This document shows, piece by piece, positions 1 to 10,149 of a stretch of DNA of 64,000 bases (position 1 is the stretch's first letter; each line of letters starts with the position of its first letter). This DNA comes from an uncultured delta proteobacterium. Lineage in GTDB: Bacteria; Desulfobacterota; WTBG01; CAIYCZ01; CAIRTM01. The translations under genes and the position numbers were made by a program. Location: NCBI GenBank assembly GCA_963804955.1, contig CAWDSQ010000007.1, positions 32,001 to 96,000 on the forward strand, in the 5' to 3' direction. The notes below the pieces were generated by a model. That model did no database searches, was not told where the DNA came from, and saw only the letters and a program-made list of their open reading frames with translations.

Positions 1-680
1 TTGTCAAAATAAAGTCGGCCTGATTCAGCGGCGTGCCCTTACTATTGATGCGCACGAACACATCCGAAACCGCCTCTCGTCAATATCCGATGCCAATTCA
101 AGCGCCGTAAATGGAAAACTCAGCAAACCCTGAAGCTAAGAATGCGGTCTTCAATAGCCAACTCCTCGGCTTCACTTATTTCACGAGCCGTCCGCAAATT
201 CGCAAGATAGTCCCGAATAATCCGGGTTATCTTGACATCCGCACTCCACAAAGAGGAAATGTCCGGGATGAACGATTTGTCACGGCAAACGGCAGCATCG
301 GCCACCTCAAACCTTTCTTCCAGTGGATTAAAGGCAATCTGGATTTGTTCGCTTTCAAAGTTTTCACGAAAAACTGGAATGTTTTTGATTACGGCATACA
401 AAGAGGTCAGGCGTTGCTGACCATCCACAATCACCAGGCGGGGCGGCTTCTGTTTTTTGTCGGTGCCGATAGCCCGGGTGGTGTCGGTCAGAGCATTTTG
501 CCAAAACAGTAGATAACCCACCGGGTATCCCTTGTACATGGAATCGAAAAGGTCGCGAACCTTGGCGTTCTTCCAGACAAAGGGCCGCTGAATGTCCGGC
601 AGCCCAATTTCGCCCAGCCCGATATACTTGACCAGTGTTCCCATGTCATAGTCAACTTTGGTAAATACGGTTTCACTCAT
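1..680 (-). CDS. DUF262-domain (GmrSD-type restriction endonuclease-like) protein, 5' part; frameshifted near 80-140, runs off window start
   Basis: Motifs LPDIQRPFVW, GYPVG, VDGQQRLTSL; after indels the reading continues as VFVRINSKGTPLNQADFILT, the DUF262 C-terminal motif. ATG at 680 with AGAGGAG RBS. Confidence 0.85.
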
Positions 681-806
681 GCGATGATCTCCTCTTGGGC
701 ATTTACGGGGCATTTACGGGACGCTGTTGATTGAGTTGATTTAGTTATTTCGCAGCCAAGAAATGTCGGTTTTCGTGCCTCAACCCTACACATCTACGGT
801 CTTCAT

Positions 807-1118
807 TTATAAATTGAGTGCAAAGGCGATTGCCTTGCGCACCTGCGCCATCTTTTCGGTTGAAAGCATTGTGATGCGTTCGCCTATTTTCCCTTTTGCC
901 ACAGTCTGGATATGGTCGCAATTCACCGCGCAGTCTCTGTGCATGCCATCGTTTTCAGACAATACGACTTCGCTGGGAATATCGCGGATGGTTGAAGTGA
1001 TCGGCGCGATGGTGACTTCACCAAGGTATTCAAGGATTGAATCGCGGGTAAGAATGAGCACGGGCCGTCTTTTGTCCGGGGGATGAAACTTATACCACCT
1101 GACTTCTCCCCGCTTCAT
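807..1118 (-). CDS. mazF: Type II toxin, PemK/MazF family endoribonuclease
   Basis: MKRGEVRWY...DKRRPVLILT...IAPITST signature; 103 aa; overlaps the antitoxin stop codon. Confidence 0.92.
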   Translation of the reverse strand: MKRGEVRWYKFHPPDKRRPVLILTRDSILEYLGEVTIAPITSTIRDIPSEVVLSENDGMHRDCAVNCDHIQTVAKGKIGERITMLSTEKMAQVRKAIAFALNL

Positions 1119-1348
1119 TCATCACCCCATACCTGTTCGTCATCCCAGGCGCTGAATTCATTTTTTTTGGCGGGGTGTGCTGCGTAGCCCTTCTTGTGCC
1201 TGTCCTCAAGTTGGCGAACATTAAGGTTGCTCAGTTCATTCCGAAGAGCAGTGCGCGTAAACGCCGAGCGGGTTGTTTTGAGTGACTTGACCGCTTTGTC
1301 AACGGAAGCAATCAGCTTGTCGTCAAGCGTCATTTGTACGGTGCGCAT
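1115..1348 (-). CDS. Ribbon-helix-helix (CopG-type) antitoxin
   Basis: MRTVQMTLDDKLIASVD...TRSAFTRTAL RHH pattern, acidic/Trp tail, directly upstream of the toxin. Confidence 0.88.
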   Translation of the reverse strand: MRTVQMTLDDKLIASVDKAVKSLKTTRSAFTRTALRNELSNLNVRQLEDRHKKGYAAHPAKKNEFSAWDDEQVWGDE

Positions 1349-1381
1349 ATATGCCTCTCAATAATGTTTATATCTATAGCT

Positions 1382-1410
1382 ATTATAATCCACAGGAGTA
1401 TCATGGTCAA
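1382..1410 (-). promoter_or_regulatory. sigma70-type promoter of the TA operon
   Basis: TTGACC-17 bp-TATAAT on the minus strand. Confidence 0.7.
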
Positions 1411-1443
1411 CAGGATTAATGTTTGCCGTGTTAAGGCTGCGCT

Positions 1444-2745
1444 TTAATACGGATAAAAGATAAAAAAGCACAGCGACATGCCGGCCAGCACCCAGAGCCC
1501 GACAGGCACTTCACGGCCCCGGCCTGCAAGCACCTTCATAAGCGGATAGAGCACAAAGCCGGCTGTCATGCCGATGCCGATATTATAGGTGAAGCTCATC
1601 AGCACAATGACTGAAAAAATAGGCACAGCCTCGGTGAGGTCGTCCAGTTTGGCCTTGGTAATGGTGGTGAGTATAAGAAGGCCCACAATGATCAGTGCAG
1701 GCCCATAGGCGCAGGGCGGTATAATGCTGAAAAACGGGGCGAAAAACAAGGCCGTTAGAAACAGCAGGGCCGTAACAACCGAGCTGAGCCCTGAACGGGC
1801 TCCGGACTCAACACCGGCGGCCGATTCGATATAGGCCCCCGCTGTTGTTGTGCCCAGAAGCGAAGCCGCAACTGTTGCCAGGGCATCGCAGAGCATGGGT
1901 TTTTCAATATCGGGCAGCCTGCCGTTTTTATCAAGCATGCCTGCCTTGTAGGAAACGCCCAGCAGCGTCGCCATCGTATCGACAAATGCCATGACGAAAA
2001 TCGTGAGGATGACTGAAAAAAACCCCCACTGCAAAGCTCCTGCAATATCAAGCTTAAACAGAATTGGAGCTATTGAGGGCGGCATGCTGACCCACTGCTT
2101 GGGCAGATCGATAATGCCGAGAGGAATGGCTAATAAAGTTGTCGCAAGGATGCCGATAAGCATGGCGCCCTTGACCTTTTTTATCATGAGCGCCGCTATG
2201 AAAATGAAACAGAAGACGGCAAGCAGCACGGATGGCTGCTTGAGATTGCCCACATGCACCGGAGCGCCCGGCACGCCCAGCGCCACAATACCTGCCTCGT
2301 TCAGGCCGATGAAAGTAAGAAAAAGGCCGATGCCGACGGCAAAGCTTATCTGCAGCCCCTGCGGGATCTGGTCCGTGAGCCAGCTGCGTATTTTAAAAAC
2401 CGTCAGCAGGGTAAACAGAATGCCTGCAATAAATATGGCTCCCAGTGCGGTCTGCCAGCTGTAGCCCAGCACCTTCACCACCGTATAGGCTATAAAGGCA
2501 TTCTCGCCCATATACGGCGCAATGGCAAAAGGCCGGTTGGCATAGACACCCATGAGCATGGTGCCGAAAAATGCGCTCAGAATGGTTGCCACCATGGACG
2601 CCCCGAACGGCATACCGGCAGCTTCGAGAATTTTCGGGTTAACGACTATGATATAGGCCATGGTTACAAAGGTCGTCAGCCCGCCGATAACTTCCTGCCT
2701 GACCGAGGTGCCGAGTTCGTGAAGGCGAAAATACCGTGCAATCAT
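1444..2745 (-). CDS. NCS2/AzgA family purine permease
   Basis: GGLTTFVTMAYIIVVNP, APYMGENAF, YIESAAGV motifs; many TM segments. Confidence 0.93.
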   Translation of the reverse strand: MIARYFRLHELGTSVRQEVIGGLTTFVTMAYIIVVNPKILEAAGMPFGASMVATILSAFFGTMLMGVYANRPFAIAPYMGENAFIAYTVVKVLGYSWQTALGAIFIAGILFTLLTVFKIRSWLTDQIPQGLQISFAVGIGLFLTFIGLNEAGIVALGVPGAPVHVGNLKQPSVLLAVFCFIFIAALMIKKVKGAMLIGILATTLLAIPLGIIDLPKQWVSMPPSIAPILFKLDIAGALQWGFFSVILTIFVMAFVDTMATLLGVSYKAGMLDKNGRLPDIEKPMLCDALATVAASLLGTTTAGAYIESAAGVESGARSGLSSVVTALLFLTALFFAPFFSIIPPCAYGPALIIVGLLILTTITKAKLDDLTEAVPIFSVIVLMSFTYNIGIGMTAGFVLYPLMKVLAGRGREVPVGLWVLAGMSLCFFIFYPY

Positions 2746-3098
2746 ACAATCCCCTTTTTGCGGCTTTTTTATACAACCACATGCCACAGTCATACTATGA
2801 TAATCAAGAGAAATAAAAAGTCTTATTGTATAAAATTTTTAAGACTTTTTACGCGCCGCAATGACCGTATTCTGCATCAAATAAAATTGAGCATCTGCAC
2901 CATAAACGCCGCAGTCAAACAAGGGTAAATTACTTGACATATAGTACGAGTTACAGTATTGAGTATAGAATACTTAGCATAAGAAGCATTTTTATCCTCT
3001 GGCTTTTTCTATGCTTTTATTCCCCGTTAGGACACACTGAATAAATTAATTACGCTTGACATATAAGAGATAGTTCCAGCACAGCGAAAGGAGCAAGC

Positions 3099-4814
3099 AT
3101 GGAGAAGAAAAAAATGATTCCGGCCAAACTGCCACCCGATATCTACCGGGCGCTTGAAGATGTGGTGGGCCGGGAATTTATCTCTCAGGACCGTGCGGTC
3201 CTGGAATGCTACAGCAAATTCTCAGTCGATGCCGGCGGAACGCTGAAAAAGCACATGAAAGACCCGAGCAATATACCTGCCTGCATCGTGTATCCGGAAT
3301 CGACCGAAGAGGTGCAGGCTATCATGCGCATCTGCAACCGCTATAGAGTTAATGTTATTCCTTTCACCAACGGCATGATCACCTTCAACGGCCCGACAAC
3401 GCCTGCCCCCACGGTCTGCGTGCATGTCAGCCGCATGAACAAGGTGCTTGAAGTAAATGAAGACACCATGACCGCACGGCTCCAGGCTTATGCCGACTAT
3501 GCCCAACTGCAGGCCGATGCCATGAAAAAAGGGCTCTGGAACGGCGGCACTCCTCTGGCAACCACGCTGTGCAAGCTGTCCTCGCAGAGCGCATTCGCCG
3601 GCGTGTGGCAGACCGACCACAAATTCGGCACCCTGTCGCGCAATATTATCAGCATTAAAGTCGTTTTGCCGACCGGCGATGTTCTGGTGACCGGCTCAGA
3701 CGCCGTCTCCGGCATGGATACATTCTGGGAATACGGCCCCGGCCCGGATCTGTTCTCCCTGGTACGCGGCAGCGGCGGCACGACGGGCATCGTAACCGAA
3801 GTCGTGTGCAAGCTGCACACCTGGGTCGGCGACCGGGAGCTCCCCGAGCCGCCGGCAGGCCGCCCGAGCATTCAGACCTTCACCGATGCAAAATACGATA
3901 CAGCCCCTTATCCCAAACGCCATAAGCTTTTGTGGGTTGAATTTGATGATCTTGAAACGGAAATTGCAGCACTTCGCAAGATCGGCCAGGCAGGCATCTG
4001 CATCGGCCTTAATGCGACCGGCGTGTATAATGCCTATTACTGCTCCCAGACGCAGGATCTCACGCTCGAGCGCGTGGCAAACAAATTCTTCCCGGCCTAT
4101 AACCTGTATGTAATCATTCAGGGCATTGTTTCCGAGGGCCAGATCGACTATGAAGAAAACATCGTGCGCGACATCATTGCCGAAACCGGAGGTAGATTTC
4201 TGACCGACGAGTACAAGGGCGACGTGCTGTATGCCCTTGCGCCCTGGAACCTCGACTGCATCCGCCATGTCACCGGCTACCGCATGAACCGCCACTCCTA
4301 CTGCGGCTCGAATATTCTCGGCGGCCCGGTCGATACGGTTGCCCGCAAAACCCGGGAGGTCTGGTCAAAAGCGCTCAATACCTTCGGCGAAACCTATGTG
4401 ACAGATCGCGGCGGCATGGATGATACGCCGTTTCTCTACTCCAGCAATCACAGCGGCCGGTTCTGGCTGACCGAGGCCGATGTCTACCCCGACATGAACA
4501 AGCCGGAACTGCTGCAGCAGGCCCAGGCAACGGTTGCCTGCGGTATGATCAACACCATAGCCGACAAGTACGGCCCCGGCGCAAACGGTCTTGGCGTCTC
4601 GATTGAGCCCATCACCTCGTTCATGCCGGAAGTCGGCCCCAATGCCCATCTGCTGTTCAGAAAAATACGCAATGTGTTCGATCCCAACGGCATCTGTGCG
4701 GCCGGACGGCAGATTTTCACCAAGGCTGAATATGATGCCTTCCCCGAGCAGGCTCTGGCGGGCTTTAACAAGCTGCGGCAGATGCATGGTCTGCAGTCCA
4801 TTGAGAGAAAGTAA
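3099..4814 (+). CDS. FAD-binding oxidoreductase (VAO/PCMH-like fold), divergent
   Basis: PACIVYPESTEEVQAI, RMNKVLEVN, GPGPDL, GTTGIVT, terminal FDPNGI; AAGGAG RBS. Confidence 0.85.
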   Translation: MEKKKMIPAKLPPDIYRALEDVVGREFISQDRAVLECYSKFSVDAGGTLKKHMKDPSNIPACIVYPESTEEVQAIMRICNRYRVNVIPFTNGMITFNGPTTPAPTVCVHVSRMNKVLEVNEDTMTARLQAYADYAQLQADAMKKGLWNGGTPLATTLCKLSSQSAFAGVWQTDHKFGTLSRNIISIKVVLPTGDVLVTGSDAVSGMDTFWEYGPGPDLFSLVRGSGGTTGIVTEVVCKLHTWVGDRELPEPPAGRPSIQTFTDAKYDTAPYPKRHKLLWVEFDDLETEIAALRKIGQAGICIGLNATGVYNAYYCSQTQDLTLERVANKFFPAYNLYVIIQGIVSEGQIDYEENIVRDIIAETGGRFLTDEYKGDVLYALAPWNLDCIRHVTGYRMNRHSYCGSNILGGPVDTVARKTREVWSKALNTFGETYVTDRGGMDDTPFLYSSNHSGRFWLTEADVYPDMNKPELLQQAQATVACGMINTIADKYGPGANGLGVSIEPITSFMPEVGPNAHLLFRKIRNVFDPNGICAAGRQIFTKAEYDAFPEQALAGFNKLRQMHGLQSIERK

Positions 4815-4838
4815 CCATTCCAGGAGAAGGAACAGGCT

Positions 4839-6314
4839 ATGGCAGTTGATAAATCAAAACTTGAAAAAATCGCGGGCAAAAAAAATGTCCTTGATGATGA
4901 AGCGACCCTGAAGCGGTTCTCCCAGGATCAAAGCTTTGTTTCTCCCCGTCGGCCCGATGTCGTCGTGTATGTCGAAAAGGTGGACCAGGTGCAGCAAATC
5001 GTACGGCTTGCCAATGAAACACTCACGCCCATCGTACCCTTCAGCTCCGGGCTCACCCTGCGCGGGGCGACCATACCCGATCAGGGCGGCATCATACTGA
5101 ACATGTCCAGGATGAATAAGATCATTGAAATCGATGAAGAAAACCTGTTTGCCATGATCGAGCCCGGCGTCACCTATAAGCAGCTGCAGGACGAGCTTGC
5201 CCCCAAAGGTTTCAAGGTGATGGCGCCCTTCGGCGCGCCGGCAGACCGGTCGGTTCTCACCAGCTATCTTGAACGCGATCCGGTCATGGCGGCCCCTTGC
5301 TTTGAAGACGGCAATTTTCTTATTATGGATACTGAAATCGTGCTGCCGGACGGCGAACTGTTCCACACCGGCAACTGGGCATCGGGTGGTCGTCCCGGCG
5401 CGCCAGCAGGCCCGATCCGCAATAATGTTTTCCGCCTCTGGACCGCAGCGCAGGGCACCTTCGGCATTATGACCAAAATGGTCGTACAGATTTCCTATAT
5501 CCCCGAGTCGCGCAAAATTTTCTTTATACCCTTTAAGGCGCTTGCCGATGCCATTGAGCCGATGAAACTCATCCAGCGCAGGGAAATCGGCGCGGAAAGC
5601 TTTATCATCAACAGCTTCAACCTCGCAGCGCTGCTCGCAGACAGCTGGAAGATCCCTGCCACATTCCCGGCAAAGCCTGCTGATACAAAGGAATTTGAGC
5701 AGATCAGAAAAGCGCTGCCTGACTGGACAATGGCTGTGGTGATCAATGGCCCCAAACGCCGCACCGATGAAAAAATCGCCTATGAGGCGGAGGCGCTGCG
5801 GGAAATCTGCGATACGCTGAACCTGGAACTGCTTGAAAGCCTGCCCAATGTAACCGGCGCGGAAAATATCATTGAAACAGAGCTGCTGCGGCCCTGGGGA
5901 GTACTGCGGAAATTCAACTACAAGGGCTCAGTGCATGACCTTACCTTTAAGGCGCCCATCACTAAGGTTGCCGAACTTGAAAAAATGCTGAACAAGCTTG
6001 CGGCAGTTGCCGGCTATCCGGCAGCCGATATCGGCAGCTACATCATGCCCCTTGAGCGCGGACGTGCCATACACTGCGAACTTGACCTGCACTGCCCGGC
6101 CGCAGATGGCCCTGAGCGCGAGATGGTAAAAAAACTCTGGCAGCAGGCTTCAGCCGAGCTTATAAATAACGGCGCCTACTTTGACCGGCCCTACGGCATA
6201 TGGGCGCCGCTCATGTACAGCCGCGCGGCAGAGTATTCGCAGATGCTTAAAAAACTAAAGGCGGAGACCGATCCGAATAATATTCTCAATCCCGGCAAGC
6301 TCTGCTTTGCATAA
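4839..6314 (+). CDS. FAD-binding oxidoreductase (VAO/PCMH-like fold)
   Basis: PDVVV, GGIILNMSRMNKII, EPGVTY, QGTFGI, DPNNILNPGK. Confidence 0.88.
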   Translation: MAVDKSKLEKIAGKKNVLDDEATLKRFSQDQSFVSPRRPDVVVYVEKVDQVQQIVRLANETLTPIVPFSSGLTLRGATIPDQGGIILNMSRMNKIIEIDEENLFAMIEPGVTYKQLQDELAPKGFKVMAPFGAPADRSVLTSYLERDPVMAAPCFEDGNFLIMDTEIVLPDGELFHTGNWASGGRPGAPAGPIRNNVFRLWTAAQGTFGIMTKMVVQISYIPESRKIFFIPFKALADAIEPMKLIQRREIGAESFIINSFNLAALLADSWKIPATFPAKPADTKEFEQIRKALPDWTMAVVINGPKRRTDEKIAYEAEALREICDTLNLELLESLPNVTGAENIIETELLRPWGVLRKFNYKGSVHDLTFKAPITKVAELEKMLNKLAAVAGYPAADIGSYIMPLERGRAIHCELDLHCPAADGPEREMVKKLWQQASAELINNGAYFDRPYGIWAPLMYSRAAEYSQMLKKLKAETDPNNILNPGKLCFA

Positions 6315-6352
6315 AATGCGTGAAACTCATTTTTCAGGAGGTTTAAACAAAT

Positions 6353-7681
6353 ATGACCGATTATGATGTAATAGTTATTGGTTGCGGCCCTGCCGGCATG
6401 ATGGCAGTCGGCGAGCTGACAAAGCGCGGCATAAAGGTGCTGGGCGTCGACAAAAAACCCAAACTTGATGTAAATATCCGCACCGCATCCGGGTACTGCT
6501 TTCTTGACCAGCCTTTCAACAAGGAGTTTATCAAGTGCATTCCCAAGGGCGATGTAACCGACCTGGAATATACCGACGGCGGCTTTACTGCAACCTATTC
6601 GGCGCCGATGCAGGGTATTTTTCACTCTCATATGTTTTCCGACACGGGCCGCCACTGGCAGGCTACAACGACCAAAAAGCCGTTTTACCACTTGTTTGAG
6701 CCGGCCAGATGCCATGCAGATCGCTATGCCTGGGCAAAATCAAAGGGCGCCGAGTTCATGGCCGGCACCTCGTTTATCAACTGCACACAAACCCCCGGAT
6801 CGGTTGAAGTGCTGCTGCGCAAGGATGGAAAGAACAAAACCCTTACCTGCAAGAAGCTCATTGCCGCAGACGGCCTCGTCTCCCGCGTGGCCAAGGTGAC
6901 GGGCGTTAACGAAAAACGGCTCAATTTCGGCATGAAAGGCCCGACAATCGAATATGAGATGGACGGCGTTGAAATGCCCTATGACCGCGGCGATTCCTTT
7001 TTCTTCGGCTCGAAAAACTTCGGCGGCATGGCAGGCGGCGTCATCATGGTCCCCAGCCCTCACGGCGAAAAGTGCTACCGCGCTGAGACCATGTCCATGC
7101 TTCCGGCATCAAGCGCGACCGATATCATTGAGTATTTCATTCACAAAAGCCCGTTTGCCAGCTGGTTTAAAAATGTCAAAATCCTGGAGATCAGCGGTGT
7201 TATCGTCGAATTCCTCGGCCCCCTGAACGTGCCCAAGCTCGGCAATATACTCTATGTCGGCGATTCCGCGGCCTATGGCGAGTGCCTGTATCAGTGCGCT
7301 GTCATGTGCGGCTATAAGAGCGCCCAGTGCGTTGAAATGGAGCTGAAGGGCCAGAGTGGCTATGACGAATACTGCGAATGGTGGGCCGACCATTTCGAGT
7401 GGGTGCGCAATCCCAAGCGCATGGCTGACTATACCAAGCGCGTGCTCTTCCCCCGCTTCTTCACGGTGCAGGAACTGGACTTCCTGTTTGACCTTTCCGA
7501 GAAGAACCGCATCGTCGTGGAAGAAGTCTCGGCAACCCCGTACACCTTCACACAGATGATCATGGAGCAGTTTATGGCCATGCCGGAAGTCCCCCAGAAG
7601 CTCAGGGAGCGCATGCAGTTCATTATCGATGCCGACATGTCCCAGGTTGCCGCAGTGGTCGGCCAGGTGCAGAAGTCCTAA
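6353..7681 (+). CDS. NAD(P)/FAD-dependent oxidoreductase, geranylgeranyl-reductase-like
   Basis: DVIVIGCGPAG Rossmann motif, IAADG, VGDSA; AGGAGG RBS. Confidence 0.8.
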   Translation: MTDYDVIVIGCGPAGMMAVGELTKRGIKVLGVDKKPKLDVNIRTASGYCFLDQPFNKEFIKCIPKGDVTDLEYTDGGFTATYSAPMQGIFHSHMFSDTGRHWQATTTKKPFYHLFEPARCHADRYAWAKSKGAEFMAGTSFINCTQTPGSVEVLLRKDGKNKTLTCKKLIAADGLVSRVAKVTGVNEKRLNFGMKGPTIEYEMDGVEMPYDRGDSFFFGSKNFGGMAGGVIMVPSPHGEKCYRAETMSMLPASSATDIIEYFIHKSPFASWFKNVKILEISGVIVEFLGPLNVPKLGNILYVGDSAAYGECLYQCAVMCGYKSAQCVEMELKGQSGYDEYCEWWADHFEWVRNPKRMADYTKRVLFPRFFTVQELDFLFDLSEKNRIVVEEVSATPYTFTQMIMEQFMAMPEVPQKLRERMQFIIDADMSQVAAVVGQVQKS

Positions 7682-7700
7682 GCGCTTACCTTCAAAAGTT

Positions 7701-7734
7701 AAAAGCCGCTGTGCAGACCACAGCGGCTTTTTTT
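7701..7734 (+). terminator. Rho-independent terminator
   Basis: AAAAGCCGCTGTG-cagac-CACAGCGGCTTTTTTT. Confidence 0.85.
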
Positions 7735-7873
7735 ATTGTTAAAATAAATCCTGCAGGTCGCAATAGAGATGCACCGTACGGAGAACAACACCGCGCAACA
7801 AGACCAATAAAGCAGAATCCAAACTGAACATCCTGCTGCGCGACCATGCTCAGTGCTGCGCTACATAAAACAG

Positions 7874-8065
7874 TTATTCCTTTTTCGGTTCGTTCTTTTC
7901 AATGAAGGCTTTGATGTCATCAAGGTACTTTACAATAGCCCTGGCCTTGGTAAGCCCGAACGAAAACCGTCCCCGTGGCCCGGGTATAGGCAGGGTAATA
8001 ACCGGATTGCCCTTGTATTCTCCAACAGTCACTTCATCCTGTTTTGCGGTTTCGTTCTCTGGCAT
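7874..8065 (-). CDS. Small conserved-looking hypothetical protein
   Basis: 63 aa with EYKGNPVI...FSFGLTKARAI...IKAFIE; purine-rich RBS. Confidence 0.7.
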   Translation of the reverse strand: MPENETAKQDEVTVGEYKGNPVITLPIPGPRGRFSFGLTKARAIVKYLDDIKAFIEKNEPKKE

Positions 8066-8094
8066 CAGTTTTTCCCCTTCATGTAAATGATAAC

Positions 8095-8331
8095 TTATTG
8101 GCAGTCACAAATTTTATCAAGGGACTCATCCTCCTCAAGCACGCCGTATATGCGCCAGCCGTTGCTGCCTGCATTGCTATAGAGAATGAGATCGGAAGAG
8201 ATAAAGGAAAGATATGCTGTGCTGCATTTAGGGCATATAAATGTCTTTGTCAGGTCTGTAAAATGATCCTTGCCATAGTGATTTACAATCGTCTCAAGAG
8301 TCTTGGTCAGAATTTCCTTGTAGAGCTTCAT
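8095..8331 (-). CDS. Small hypothetical protein with CxxC
   Basis: 78 aa ORF with ICPKC; GGAAGG upstream; co-oriented with 7874-8065. Confidence 0.5.
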   Translation of the reverse strand: MKLYKEILTKTLETIVNHYGKDHFTDLTKTFICPKCSTAYLSFISSDLILYSNAGSNGWRIYGVLEEDESLDKICDCQ

Positions 8332-8623
8332 ACTGGCGCCTTCCGCAAAATTTTGAATTTGATCCCCGTTTTAAGTGCATATAAAGGCATAACAGATACG
8401 TTTGTGAAGTCAATAAAAATTTACATTATGCTATGGAATAATCAGTTTTTCCAAAAGTTCCCAGGCCCAGGATGACCATGAAGCATACGGCAGTTAGCAG
8501 CGCAGCCGCGTCTGCCAAACAGTCAGGTAAATATTTCAGAGTGGGTTTCTACCTCCATACCCCTTTTTCTTGCACTGAGCTTCTTTGAATGGTATTTTTA
8601 TAAAAAACACGCACACAGGTACT

Positions 8624-9432
8624 ATGCTCATCACGAAACCCCGGTTCCCCAATAGCTATCTCAAAGCTTGCGCTTTCATTCTGGCATCGTCCTTTTTTTC
8701 TGCGCCTGTGCGGGGCGCATGCCGCCGCCGCAGGCAAAGCAAAAAACAACGCCAGGTATGCCGCGAAGCCAGAAGCCGTATCAAATATACGGGGTTTGGT
8801 ACTACCCCATTCCATCAGCCCAGGGCTATACCGAAAATGGTATAGCAAGCTGGTATGGCGACATTTTTCATGGCAAGCCTACCTCAAGCGGCGAAGCCTA
8901 CAATATGTACGACATGACAGCAGCCCACAAAACCCTTCCGCTTGGAACGCATGTTAAGGTCACCAATAAAAACAATGGCGGAGCAGTCATCCTGCGCATC
9001 AATGACCGCGGTCCTTTTGTAGCCGGCCGTATTATCGACCTCTCCTATACTGCGGCACAGAAGCTCGGCATGCTGCAGCCCGGCACTATCCCGGTCAGGG
9101 TTGAGGCTGTACAGGTGGCCGAAAAAACAGCTCTGAAAGGTAAAACAGTCTGGAAGGCTGAGTCAGTGCCTGATTTCCAGCACGGCAATTTCACCATACA
9201 GGTAGGAGCTTTTCAGCAGGTGGCAAATGCCATCAATTTACGGAAAGCCTTGCAGCAGCACTATGAAAAAGCGTCCATTCAGCCGCCCGCAACACGCGAC
9301 CGCGAACGTTATTTCCGCGTGCAGGTAGGGAAATATACAGACCTGCAGAAGGCTCAGCAGGAGGCCGATAAACTAAAGCAGAACGGGTATCCAGGGTCCT
9401 TTGTGGTTGCCCTGGATGAAAAAACCAGTTGA
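8624..9432 (+). CDS. rlpA: Septal ring lytic transglycosylase RlpA with SPOR domain (indel in T-run near 8695)
   Basis: [38 protein letters not shown]; lipoprotein signal split by a frameshift. Confidence 0.92.
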
Positions 9433-9569
9433 GCCGCAACTGGGAAATTTTTGAGTATATTCCCGGTCACCTCGGCAATGACTTTAAAAAGAACTCCAAC
9501 ACCCGTAATGCTGATCACCATGGCAAGCAGCTTGCCTGCCCGGGTGACAGGCCGGATGCCGTTCAGCAA
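9432..9569 (-). pseudogene. Potassium-channel pore/inner-helix fragment
   Basis: GIRPVTRAGKLLAMVISITGVGVL resembles the post-filter DxxPxTxxGK/R segment; the TVGYG filter is absent. Confidence 0.45.
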
Positions 9570-9702
9570 ATTTCAAGTATAAGGCATGCTGCAAATATAT
9601 GCGCTAAGGATTAAGCCTCGAGGTTACCCTGTCAGAGCAACGCTTGCCTTTTAAGCGCATTGCGCTATGATGGATAATAAACTTCTAAAAGGGCCAATAC
9701 CC

Positions 9703-10149
9703 ATGATGCAATTCAAAGATGAACGGGATCGAGAGGACGTGCTGAGCTGTCTTACGGAAAACATGAACGAAGAGTTTCGGGCGACGCTTCAATACATCTG
9801 CCACCGCATCTCGGCAAAAGGCATCGACGAAACGCTGTCGGATTCATTTAAATCTGCGGCCCTTGACGAAATGTCCCATATCCTCTTCTTCTCAGACCTC
9901 ATCACCAAATACGGCGGCGCCCCCCGGTTTACCCCCTGGCCCATCGACCAGAGCCCTGATGTCAAAGCCATGCTGACAAGCGATATAGCCCTTGAAAAAA
10001 AAGCCCGCGAGCGATACAGCGGCCAGCTTGAACGCTTTGCAGACTACCCCGAGCTTGCCGGAATAGTAAAAAATGTGCTCGATGATGAAGGAGATCATGA
10101 GGAGCTGTTTGCCGGCTATCTAGCCAGGCTGCCCGGTCCTGCGCTATGA
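9703..10149 (+). CDS. Ferritin-like diiron protein (bacterioferritin/rubrerythrin-like)
   Basis: E..Y, DEMSH, E..A...Y, DEGDH four-helix ligand pattern. Confidence 0.8.
   Translation: MMQFKDERDREDVLSCLTENMNEEFRATLQYICHRISAKGIDETLSDSFKSAALDEMSHILFFSDLITKYGGAPRFTPWPIDQSPDVKAMLTSDIALEKKARERYSGQLERFADYPELAGIVKNVLDDEGDHEELFAGYLARLPGPAL

Noticed and set aside
2746..2930. Purine riboswitch upstream of the NCS2 permease
   Set aside because: The conserved aptamer core sequences were not found.
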